Positions 11,941 to 23,904 of a stretch of DNA of 64,000 nt are shown here, piece after piece. The notes under the pieces are model-generated. The model worked only from the letters and a program-made list of their open reading frames with translations. It was not told the origin of the DNA and ran no database searches. Origin of the DNA: Podarcis liolepis. Taxonomy: Eukaryota. The stretch lies in NCBI GenBank assembly GCA_965112155.1, contig OZ218114.1; one strand, written 5' to 3'. How positions within the stretch are numbered: position 1 is the first letter of the stretch; every line of letters starts with the position of its first letter. Made by a program: the position numbers and the translations under genes.

Positions 11941-14593
11941 CATCTTGGAGTCATCCTGTTTCATTTCACAATCCAGGACGGCTTCAGCCATATTCCCATT
12001 TGTATTCCAGTGAAGTCTTTTCAGAAGCATCTGAAAAAATGAGCACGAGAGTTTGTTTGTTTTTATTATTTTAAGCCAGGCCTTCTTTAGCAAGTTAAAT
12101 AACTGAAGATGTGTGCAGATAATGTAACCCGGCACACAATCTGGAAAGGCAAGTCTCATTCTGCCTGTCTTCAGCTGCCAAAGAGGCACGAAAACATTTG
12201 CTAAGGCATTTTCTTAAAAGTGCCGTTTATGTACCTGCTTTAATTCTGTTTTCCTGGGTTTCTTTTTACCATTCCTTAAAATGTTGTGGCATAAATAGCA
12301 GTAATCCTAGCCTGCGAAAAGAAAAATTAAATAATTTCCCACGCACCCCGGAGCTACCTTTCAGAATGCAGTCCTTTCAGCCTTGGGAAGACTGGTGTGT
12401 TCTGTGTGACATGAACACATTGCTGCTCTGTAGGCTGTGATGCTGCCAGTGTGGACAGATAAATCAAGGCGTCTAATAATGAGAGCCACTTGTTTTCAGA
12501 TCATTGTGTTCCTGAATCCCCTCGGTTCCAGAAGACTCTTTCTAGGAAAACTTTAGGGGGTGATTGTTGGTTGCAGTCCCATTCCATGAAATGTCACTTC
12601 ACATGTGTAGGGCATTCAATTTATATAGCAGGCTCTGTCGTAAATGTTGCAGCTTCAGAATGTTTAATGGGTAAGTTGCCTTCAGTCATTCCTTTCCCAT
12701 GCATCTAACCTCCCCGCAGCCCCCCGGCCTCCAAGTCTGCCCTCTCCAGCAGCTTAGCGTTGCTCTGCATATTGATGCTTGTGATGCAGCAGCTCAGTCT
12801 GGGCTTCTGACCCTGTGCACTGTTCCAAGTTGTTATAATCTGCCAACCATCATGGGCCTCCATCCTTGACATTAGTTTGCAAGTGCAGAGTTGGAGCAGA
12901 GCAGTAGATTTGTTTGCTCGGGGCACAAAGCATGAAACCCACCAATTGCAATCTTCACCCAGGGAGAGGCATTGTGAGATTCCCCTCTATACTTGTATAG
13001 GTCAGCTAACTGCATAGTTTATGGATGCCCATCCATCAAAATTATGTGTACATATACAGGTAGGAACCTTTTAGTGGTGTAGAGTAGGAGAGTGCCCTCC
13101 TGATGATGTTACCTTTGTGTGGTTGCTCCAGAGAAGGTGTTTTGACTTCCTTGTGTGGTTATATAGGCCATAGCTGCCCCTAAGTCTAGTGTAAGAAGTG
13201 AAACTTGTGTGAATGGAAGTTAATTGGGCTGGAAAGATTAGGAGGACAGGGCATATCAGATGATGTGTACAAGTCTTAGGAAATATTGGTGGGGGGGGGG
13301 GAATTCTTTTTAAAGTTAGGATTTAGAAAAGTAACATTTCCAAACAATCTAATCCTTCCTACAGAACAGCTTCTCATGGGTGGGTTGAACAGACGGTTGT
13401 CCTTGCCATTGTTACACTGAAAAATGTTTAAATAGTAGGATTATCACTGAAAACAACCAAATGCTTTCAAAGAGAACAGGAGAGATAAAATTAATAATGG
13501 AATAATGCCCATATCCCTCAAATTCAAATGCACCGTTCCACATACGTGCCACCATTTCCTTGTATCTGAAAAACTTTGGACTGATACTTTCTCCCCTCAA
13601 CCAAAAACCAAGGCTTTCAATCAAAACTGAAATATGTTACCGCCTGTACCCATTTTCAGTGGGAACACCTCGGGGGAGACTGACATGCCTGCCAAATCTT
13701 GCAAGTTTAGTTGATGAAAAAAGTGGTGAAGCTAAAAATTGAGAAGGCTCAGGAGACAACACTACGACCCCACGTTGGTCACCAGATCACTCAAAACCTG
13801 TTAGGTGTTTGCTATTGTTAATCAGGTTTTCTGTTGCATGAGCCACTTAGAGGACCATGGATCTGAAGATGTTGTACCATGGGAAGCATCAAATCAAAGT
13901 CTCTTTCAGTATCTGCCTAATATAGTCAAATGCACTGGCAGTGGAAGCTGGATATCTGTACTGTGTACAGTGTACTATGCATTCTTTCTCTGACCTGGGG
14001 GGGGGTGTTACCTGGAATCTCCTCTCCTGTGGAAAGTTACAGCAGAGGTCAGCTTTGCTGACATTATCTGAGGGAAGGAGCAGCCCTCATTTTCTTGATG
14101 ATCTCCTGACCTGAATTGTGTATCAGTCTTGGCTAAGTTCCTGGTCTCAGGCTGAGGCCCATCAAACCTCTGCTTAAAAATTAACACGCAAATATATTTA
14201 AGCAACAAAGGATCTAAGAAATTATCAGCAGCGGAGCCAACCTTCGGCACCAAACTTGCAAAGCCCAGCTAACAGCTACTCCTCTGATGGCATCTTATGT
14301 TGGCATCTGATTGCATATGGGAGAATGCCGTCTATAAACACTCACCAAGCAAAACTGGTTTCCGGCTTCTTCGCCTGCTTGGAATCACCCATTTCAACAC
14401 AGTCTGGCAGCAGGAAAAATAGGTAGTAAACCAACCACACATTGTTCCTAGTCAAACATGACTATGTTTGTAGAGTAGCCCCTGTCATGTACAGCTGAGT
14501 GGGAGACATAGAATCTTATGTACCAGGCACAATCGACCAATAGATTCTTCTGCGTCCACCTCAGTTGAATAAGTAGGATCTGCAGGTAGCACT

Positions 14594-14715
14594 CATAGAA
14601 TCATAGAATTGGAAGGGACCCAGGGGTCATCCAGTCCAACCCTCTGCAATTCAGGCATCTCAGCTAAAGCATCCATGACAGATGGCGTCTAACCTCTGCT
14701 TAAAAACCTCCAAGT
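14594..14715 (-). mobile_element. CR1 LINE 3' end fragment
   Basis: catagaatcatagaa is the reverse complement of the CR1 (TTCTATGA)n tail, followed by ttggaagggacc...tccagtccaaccc and aacctctgcttaaaaacctcc. Confidence 0.8.
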
Positions 14716-15663
14716 AACCCCAGCCCAAGTAAAGTTTGTGTGAAAGGGAACTGCATCCTTCATAAATGTGTTAGCAACAGGATTGTGGAGGCACCAGACA
14801 TGTTGCTGTACATAAGTGTAAATTCCTTGATGACATTTTGAAGCAGATTCTTGGGTGGAAGGGGGAGAGAGATCTACCTCAAAATGGCACCTCTGTGACA
14901 AGAGACAGCCTGACTCTGAGTATCAGGCCCTGGACACAGAGATTGGGCATCACCTTCAGCATCTGACTTGCCCCATTTGAAGGGTGAATGCAGGATTAGA
15001 TCAGTTGTTGTTGGGTTGTTGTTTTTTTAAAAGATAACTAGATAAAAATAAATTGTACTGGCCTGCTAGGAGGCTACGTACCTTATGTTTTTCATGCTGG
15101 CAAGAGAGGAGAGGAAGCTTAAGCATGCGGCTTCTATTAAGCTTAGCATACTAGTTTTAAAATGCCTTTTACTGGCAGACAAGGCTTGAGGCGGACCTTT
15201 CTACCCCTCCTCTGCTGATCTGCTGTGTTTCTGTGCTGCTTTCAAAGGAGATAGCTCAGAAACCAAGTGGTCTGGTAGAGGATCCTTCCTTTCTCTGCTA
15301 GCTAGCTCACTCTCCTGTGTGTAATCCCTGGCCACATTTGGCTTTCAGGGAAATAGTTAAATACTTGACTGGACTAGATGAACCTCCAGTCCAATCAAGC
15401 AAGGTGATTCTTATCAAGTGTCAGATGTTGTAGGCAAAGTTATTGTGCCAGTTCCCCTAGTTAGCTTCCAAGTCTTCCAACCTGAACATGCATTGGGGGA
15501 CCCATTTCTTTTTCTGTTTTACCATATATGTGTGCACTGGTGGTGGTGCTACTGCTGCCGCTCATCTCAGATCAGGCTGCGACTCAGGAGCAGGTACTAA
15601 CCTACCAGATGAAGACCAGTGCCATAGGGAGCACCCAACCCTTCTGCTTCCTGATTCCTAGAC

Positions 15664-15913
15664 CAGGGGTCAGCAAACGTTTTCAGCAGGGGGCCAGTCC
15701 ACTGTCCCTCAGACCTTATGGGGGGGGCTGGACTATATTTTTGGGGGGAAATGAATGAATTCCTATGCCCCACACATAACCCAGAGATGCATTTTAAATA
15801 AAAGGACACATTCTACTCATGTAAAAACATGCAATTCCCGGACCGTCCGTGGGCTGAATTTAGAAGGCGATTGGGCCGGATCTGGCCCCCGGGCCTTAGT
15901 TTGCCTCCCCATG
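15664..15913. mobile_element. Non-autonomous hAT (Charlie-like) DNA transposon
   Basis: Imperfect TIRs CAGGGGTCAGCAAAC / GTTTGCCTCCCCATG; CTAGAC present on both flanks, consistent with a TCTAGA-type hAT target duplication; subterminal gggccg motifs. Confidence 0.75.
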
Positions 15914-17417
15914 TCTAGACCATCAGCTCCTTTAATTTCACCACTTAGGTGAGCGCTGAATTGATTGCCTGAAGGTTTTCCCAAACGGAGGCCTTGACCC
16001 CTTGGTATTGCAGTTGCTCCAGACATCTTGGTGGTTGCAAACATTCTCTCACTCAGTGACGCCGCACCCAAGTGATGTTTCCTATCTCCTGAGGAAGTTG
16101 TGCCAAACACAATAAAGGTGAAGCACATAATTAAAGTTTGGATGTATTAATTAGAAAATCTGAGAGCTCACTCGGAGATGAAAGAGTAGCAGATGTGTCA
16201 ATGATGAGAAGTTTGACATGCTCGAGATAAAATTTAAAATCAAAAGCCTCCGAACTGTTTCATGCTCCATTATTGTGGATTCATTCCTGAGTTCAAAGTC
16301 TGGTGCTCTACTTAACACATTCAGTTTGATCATTTGGGCACAGATATGTGGTGGGTTCCCCCCCCTCCCTTTTTCTTCCCTCCACCCAGTAACTTTTTAT
16401 GAAGTCGTGATGCTGTCTCTTCTGGATAAATATTTGATGCTTCTTGAGATTGTTTGCTGTTGGCTTTTGCAGGTCAAGCGTCTTCTATACATGGTGCTCC
16501 CCCACCTACCTCTTTTTTTTTTTTTTAATGGCGGAGGGAGAAATCCCCTTCATCTTTATCTGTTGGGACCATTAAGGGATGTGATATATTAAACAGGAGG
16601 AAAATCTGTGAGCCCAGACAGAGCATTAATATTTATAAGTCACAAAGACATTGACTTTATTTTAAAAGAAATCTCACTAAAATCTTCCATGCATCCAACT
16701 TGATATTTAGTCGTGACATTCTCGTTCCCTTTTGTATTTATTACTGGCTTAGAAGTAGTTTTATATCCTGCTGGGATGTATTGATGGAGGGAGAATAATG
16801 AAGTTAACTGCTCTGGAGAAAGGCAGAGGGAAAGACGTACTCATCTGCTGTTGATATTTAGTCTGTTAAGCGCAGCAGGGTCTCTCTCGCCTGCCCCACT
16901 CCTAGCCCCTAATTTTTAGATTTATTTTTTTTTAAGACAGAATAAAGACAAAGCATTATTGTTCTTAATACATTGCAAACCGTCCTCTTAGCCATAGAAA
17001 ACATGCAACTTTTTTACTTGCTTTGTGTTGTTGTTTTTCATTTGTATTGGTTCCCCCCCCCCCACAGGCTTTTCCCATACCATGTCACTCACGTATCAAT
17101 GACTAATTTTGTGTTGTGTGTTGCTTCTCCCCACCCCACTGCCACCAATTTGTCCTAATGTTTGAGGGCAGGGAAATGTGTTGCTTTGCTTCAGTCATCC
17201 TAATCCAGAGCTTCTCCACCAAATGAATGGAGTCCCATCCTCGCATTTTAGCCTGCCCTCTTCTCCTGATACTTAAGACCTACTTCATAAGGGTGGGCAA
17301 GAGGGTATAACCGCCATCCTTTATTTTGCTTCTTTGTTAATTTATTGACCAGTTTTATGTTCTGCTCATATTTTTTAATTTGCTTTTTTTCTGTTTCCCT
17401 TTTTATGTTTTATCTAG

Positions 17418-17483
17418 ATCCCCCCACAACTCTCCCTCCACCCACAACAACCACAACCACTACCATCCCTGCCACCACCACAG
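17418..17483 (+). CDS. CADM1: CADM1 exon 8, Thr/Pro-rich mucin-like stalk: (D)PPTTLPPPTTTTTTTIPATTT
   Basis: Long T-rich tract ending tatctag|, donor CAG|gtacgg; 66 nt, phase 1/1; resembles human DPPTTIPPPT(n)ILTIIT. Confidence 0.93.
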
Positions 17484-17633
17484 GTACGGTACCTTCATAA
17501 ACCATGGATAAAAACAGAAATGTGTGTTACTTTCTATGAATAGCAGATGGGCAGAGGTTGGGGGAGGAGATAGAGGAGAGAAGGGGAGCTGTCACCACAT
17601 TTTTTACGCTTACTGTTAATTTATTTTCTTTTG

Positions 17634-17988
17634 TAAACGGCCTTGGTCCTGTATACCTGAAGGAGCATCTCCACCTCCATCGTTCTACCCGGACACTGAG
17701 GTCCAGCACCGAGGGCCTTCTGGCGGTTCCCTCACTGCAAGAAGCCAAGTTACAGGGAACCAGGCAGAGGGCCTTCTCGGTAGTGGCACCCGCCCTGTGG
17801 AACGCCCTCCCACCAGAGGTCAAAGAGAACAAGAACTACCAGACTTTTAGAAGACATCTGAAGGCAGCCCTGTTTAGGGAAGCTTTTAATGTTTGATGTA
17901 TCACAGTATTTTAATATTCTTTTGGAAGCCGCCCAGAGTGGCTGGGGAAACCCAGCCAGATGGGCGGGGTATAAATAATAAATAAAAA

Positions 17989-18036
<48 letters not shown>
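17634..18036 (+). mobile_element. 5'-truncated L2-clade LINE (ORF2 C-terminus, 3'UTR, (ATT)n tail)
   Basis: Open frame NGLGPVYLKEHL...RTLRSS...RAFSVVAPALWNALP...FRRHLKAALF; tail gggcggggtataaataataaataaa then (ATT)n; probable TSD ttattttcttttg (17621-17633) / ttattttgttttg (18032-18044). Confidence 0.88.
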
Positions 18037-21000
18037 TTGTTTTGCTAGCACTGGAAAGTGGGGCCCACCAATAAATGATCCTCTGATAATGGAGGTCCCT
18101 GAAGTCTCAAACATCCTGCTCAGGGAGTCCATAAATTAGCATTGCCCAGCGCCCCCCACCCCCAGGTTCAGTTTGAGTTATTCATGCTTTAAAACGTAAA
18201 GCACTGATTCTCACTTTGAACTTTGGCTTCGGTAGTATATTTGCAAGCATCTTTCTTTATACTAGGCAATTAATTTCGTTTTGATTTTCAGTTATCATAA
18301 TCTGCTTCAGTATCCTGCAGCCATCAGCACAGCGTACACAAACAGAGCTTCTTCCTGACGCTTTCTAAACTAGTTCCCTCTGAATTTTAAATCCCTGCCC
18401 TGCCTTCCCACCCATCACTTTGAGCCAAGATACATTCTACACAGTCAACCGCCATCAAACATCATTTGTACCACCCACCCTTTCCTGTGAGCTGCTCTCT
18501 CCCTCTTCTGATAACCGGGCATGGTTGCCAAACCCATCTTCCATTGTCATCACCACCCCCCTGGATGCTTCTGTTGCAGCTTTTTTTATTTTTCTTTCGA
18601 TACAAAGAGATGCCAGACAGAGTCCTGTACGGAAGGTGAGACTGCACTACTCTCTTCACAGGCAGCCTTTGATCTTGTTACAATCTCCCCTTTGCTTAAC
18701 GTGAAGTTTGCCATTCACCTTCGAGGCAGTTGTTGTGCCTTCACTCTCTTTATGTCCCTGTCTTCCACTTTGCTTTCCCAGAGATTCAGAATTAATGGAT
18801 CTGTACAAATAACAAAAACCTTTCCTTCCAGTGTGCCTTAGCTATCATTTTCTGTTGTCTTGTCTAGCCTTTTGCCTCATTACATTTTTCTCCTTCCAGG
18901 ATCTTAAGAAACCAAAGCTCCTATCGGTTCTGTGTGTTCTCAGAGTGCCTGAGTGGTTTGTTTTGTCTGCAGCATTATGGAGTGGGTCTGCCCACACACT
19001 GACCCACCATTTACCTTCTAGCACTTTGTGGTGGTGGTCCACAGGTTAACCTCAACATGTGCCTTATAAACCTGTGCAAGGAGCAGACTTGAAGACTCCA
19101 GATAAATGCAATTTGAAGGGTGGAGGGTCTCAGCAGGCTACCTGATGAAGAGAAATGACTTCCTGAGTTGAAACCGTCATGGTGTGAGGTGTCTTTCATG
19201 GGAGGCAAGTTAAGTTGTGGCAACTGTATTGCTTTTATAATCCCAAATAGATGTTCAGACTCGACTAACTTTCCCCCGCTCACACCTTAAGACTCTGCGT
19301 TCATAGGAGGTCTTGCCATGACCTCAGGATAGAATATCGACTTCTGGGGGTTTGTAGTATGAGGTCTTTTTTTCTGCATGGCTAGGGGTTTGCATCTGAT
19401 GTTTCGGACCAGAAGACATTCATCCTGCTTTGTTTTGTCACCACCTAAAAGTGAAAATGTAACTTCGATGGGAGAGGACATCTTAGGGCGACTGGGTATC
19501 AAGCTAAACTCTCCTTCAGGAATAAGTGCTCAAAGCAAAATATGTGTGCATTAAAAACTGCACCCAAGTTGGTGCTGGACAGCGAAGCAGAGTGCTTTTT
19601 AAAACTCAGAGTAAAAATAATGTAAGTTGGAATGATAGGGAAGGATTCTCTTGCTCACATGGGGAAAGACAGTAATAAAGCTCTGGCCAGCAGTATTTGG
19701 ATGGGTGGGGGAATTGACTGTAAATTAGCTCTCTCTGCAGCACCATCCAACCTCTGAGGGATACCGGGAAGTAGGAGGAAGATGACTAGTCACTGACAGC
19801 TTCCTATCCATCATTTTGTTGTTCCTCTTTGTTAGGCTCTGGCTCCTCAGTTTTTCTTTAAAACTAGCTGAAACCAATGGGATTCCAAAGTCCATGTTTC
19901 CATATAGGTGGACCATTGCACCCACTATTCTTTTAAAGAACTGACTTATCCCTCTTCTTCACCCGTCTGTTTGCTTCTATGGTTGCTGTCATCTATGAAT
20001 ATAATAAGACTACTTCTTTATGCCATTTCCATGCCGATTCTGTGGATTTTAATTTCACAACATTTCCCTCTGGGTGCTGCTGATTTTGTTTGTAATTTTT
20101 TGTTTGTATTTTTTTAAAGAAGTATTTCCCCCTTCTTTTTAAGCTTTATCAGTCTAATTCCACATAAGCTGGTAATATGGCTCAGTTTCATTGCAGGAAA
20201 TGTTGCGGATAAGATGCAATCTTCTTCGTGATTGGCGGTGTGGTGTGTCCTTCCCTTCCTCTTTATTCCACATCACTCTTTATATTACCTTCAGCCACAA
20301 TCAGGAACCCAACGAACCCTTTCCCCTGTAAGACTCTTCTGATGAATTGGAATCTTCCATCTCTTCCCAGAATCCACAGGCTCCTTGTGTGTGTGTGTTA
20401 ATTTGTGTGTGTGTTTGTGTGTGAGAGAGAAATTAATTGATTACTCCTATGAGTTGTCCATTGATTAATGTTTCATAAACTCACATATGGGTGAAAACTA
20501 TATTTATGAAGCAAAAATCTCTTTCTTCCTAGATAACAAGTGTGTGTGTGTCACAGCACGCATTTCCTCCTATATGTCCAAGAGAATGGACATTGCCTCT
20601 TTTCAGCTGGTGTAATTTCCCTCTGCAGTTTTTATAAGCACTTACATTAAATATATTTGGTTCTTTTTTTAGCTGATGGCATTTTAGGCAATTAAAGGTA
20701 TTAAATACCGATTAATAAAAATGTTGCAGTCCTTCTATACAAATGAGTTGGAGGGCTTCGGATCATTTGTGCACTTCAAAGTAGATATAATGGTGCTAGC
20801 TCAGGGCCTGTCAGCATAATGGGTTCCAAAACTCAGGTAAGTAGTAGACATCTTTGTTGAAATGTGGGTTTTGGTATCTTATGCTTTGCTCTTTCAGCAG
20901 AAGATCAAAACAGTGAATGGGACCAATTGAGGCTCCTGATTGTGGCCACAGGTAATCCCTGGCTTTTAGTTGGATTTAAGCAACTGTTTTCCCCCACCCC

Positions 21001-23029
21001 ACCCCTCTTCTTTAAGCCAACGTCAGGCCTCCTCAGAGGGTAATTCTGGACCCTTTGCTTTAACTCAAGGCGTTTCATCCACGCACCAGCCATTTTATAT
21101 CTTCTGCATACAGTTTCTCAAGAGCTACATCTTCCCTAGGCACAAAGTGCCCTTGTGGTGGTAACAAATGATCTGGCACTGAGGCATAGTTAAGCTGAGA
21201 TTGCCACTAGGACAACTTTGTCAAATCCCTTCTTTCATTCTTCCCCCCCTTTTCCGTGATGGATGGGATCTTGCAGAGTTGCTGTGTCTTAGCAGACAAG
21301 CTGCGTACGTATTTATCTTATCCTGAAGGCTTGATATCTTCCTGCATGGAATTTAACTTGGGCTCTCTCTCTTCAAACAGATGAAAGGTTAGAGAACCGA
21401 ATGCCCCCCTCCTTCTCCTTTTCCGCAAGAGAGTAGGCTGCCTGCTTAAATTTGCCTTGTATATTATTGCCTGACAAATGGGTACAGAAATGAATTTCCG
21501 TTCTCTCGCTGCATTCTGTAGTACTTTAGAGCCACCCATTAGCCTTAAAAGCTTCAGCAGCCAAACACCAATGATTAAATGTCGGTATAAAACTCCAGGA
21601 ATGTATTTTCTTCCTTCCGTGCTAAAGGTTTGTGTAACTGAAAACCATTCTCCAAATGAAATTAGCATAATTACCAACATTTTATGCAGTAGTCACAGGG
21701 AAAAATGCTTTCCTAAAAGCCTCAAGGGGCAACAGATCATTTCTGCTGTTGCTCTTACCCCTTCCCACATTGCCACCTGCTTAAAACCTATATATACAAA
21801 CACATAGAGGCTTGCAAAGTCCAGTGGGTGTAAATTACCTCAGATTCAAGCTTGGGTGCTATGGGTGACCTTCATAAAGCCCCAAGCTCTTCAAATTAAA
21901 ATGGGCAGGTGATAATGAGCCCACTGTTCTTGGCAGCCCCTTGTCATAGTCCCTGGAGTGGGGGCAATCTAACAGTATAGTTGCAATATCATTTGTTTTA
22001 TGCCAGAAGCCTGCAGTTATCAGTCCCAAATGCCTTCTTTCAAGCCTGACCCCAGTTAGTTGTGCCTGCAAAGGAACTCCAGCACTGCTGATGAAGCACA
22101 GTAAATTATTTTATTTCTTGCCCACATTGTAATTAAGAATGATTTTTCCATTGGCCTTTGATGGCTAGTCTCTGGATGCTTCATGCTCTCCCCACCAAGC
22201 TTCCCCTAACTAGAGATCCATTTCCAAGCATGTCATGTGATAATTTGACTGGGTAACCCTTTGTCTATCACAGGTTCCATTCGTTTTGTGTTTGGCCCTC
22301 TCCCTGGCAAGCAGCACCGCTTCCCCCCAACCCCATAAAAAAACCCACCACCCTTTTATATCACTTCAAAAATGTCCTTGTGGCTTTATTCATTAAGACA
22401 TACAATATGATATGGCAGAGCAAGCTGCATAATTTAAATTGCCCCTGGAGTCTTCCCTTGAAATGTTCCATTTGGACAGCTGTTATTTTCTGCGAGATAA
22501 TTAAAAAGTTCTTAATATTTGTTTAAAAATAAACCCTTCTTTTCTTTGGGGCAAAGCACATTGTGTGTGTGTGTGTGTTCAGTTTATCTTTCCTCCTCCT
22601 CCTCTGATAGACCAATTGTTCTTCCACCCAAGTACATTGGTGCTTGTGCATGTGTTGCAACTGCAGGCATGGGCTTGCAGCCTCCCCTGTTTGTCTCTTG
22701 GTTTCTGTGCTAATAGAACAAAAGACATCTTCAGCATCTTCCCATGGAGTCCCTAGTGCTGGAACTGGCATGTTGGATCATGCCTAGGATGGAGATTCCA
22801 TTATGTCTTCAGCAGGGGCACCAGCACAATCACAAGCAACTTCGTGATTCCTCCAAAACTCACTCTCACTCACAGCCTGAACATGTTATCTGTTTTCCTT
22901 CCTGTAAAACAACATTATGGCGTTTAAAAAAAAAAACCCAGACTGAGATGGCGTGGTGTTAAGACAGCAAGAAGGTTACAAAAATGTTCATGTACTAGTC
23001 TTCCTCCCCCCCACTTTAAACAACAGATG

Positions 23030-23320
23030 CAGTGGAATTAATGGGCAATAGATTCAGACAATGCATCATTAATTTGTGGAATCTGCTGTTGCAAGATGAG
23101 CTTTAAAGGGAGAATTAGACAAATTCCTGGAGGACAATTGGTCTGTCATTGGGTATTGGGCATGGTGGCAGAGGAGCACCAGTGGCAGAGAGTTATTGCT
23201 TTCATGAACTTCTTGCAGGCTTTGGGGAAACTTCAGGTCTTCCACTGTGGCTAGCTGCCAGATGCTGGAATAGATGGGCCCACCTGGGTTTCATCTTGCA
23301 GGCTTTTCCTATGTTTTTAG
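23030..23320 (+). mobile_element. Degraded CR1 LINE 3' end
   Basis: aatttgtggaatctgctg, gaattagacaaattcctggagga and gatgctggaatagatgggccc...cctatgttttta resemble the CR1 terminus also seen at 48100-48385. Confidence 0.6.
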
Positions 23321-23760
23321 AGATGTACTTCAGCAAAGGACTTGAGGTATTTCACCCGAGGATCTAAAATAAGTATTTGAATGTCTTCTAAATCAAATTA
23401 GTGCCAGCCTGTCTAAAATTTTATATTTGACCCAACACAACCCCGCATTTGACTCATTGGAGGCCCAAACCTGCTCACATCACCTTTTAATTCGGTGCTT
23501 ACTGTCACAATATGCAAGGGAAGAATCACATCAGCATTATCAAAACATTGCTTCAGACATTTGACTCAAGCTTCTTCTTCTTTTTGGTTGTAAGACATGG
23601 ATAAATTTGTTTGAGAGTTTTTTGTGCATATTTGCACTACAAATATTTAATGGACGTAAATGTTTGGAAACACTCCTTCCCATTTTTCAGAAATTCAGAA
23701 GAAGCAACCACTGTTCTTCTGCCAGACTGAATTTTGCGGTGTGGCACGTTTCCTTCTCCA

Positions 23761-23904
23761 CAGCAGGTTGGCCAAGCTTGTTTCCTCCAGATGGTTTGGT
23801 TTGTGGCTGCCATCAGACCCGAGGTCATCTTACGCCCCTGCTGGCTGGGACTGATGGCTGTTGTAGTCCAAAACATCTGGAGGGCACCAGCTTGGTGAAG
23901 GCTG
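23761..23904. mobile_element. Palindromic MITE (family of 34891), diverged
   Basis: cctccagatggtttgg ... gatggctgttgtagtccaaaacatctggaggg inverted arms. Confidence 0.65.

Noticed and set aside
17558-17896. 112-aa ORF near exon 8 as a possible extra exon or gene
   Set aside because: It is the C-terminus of an L2-type LINE ORF2.
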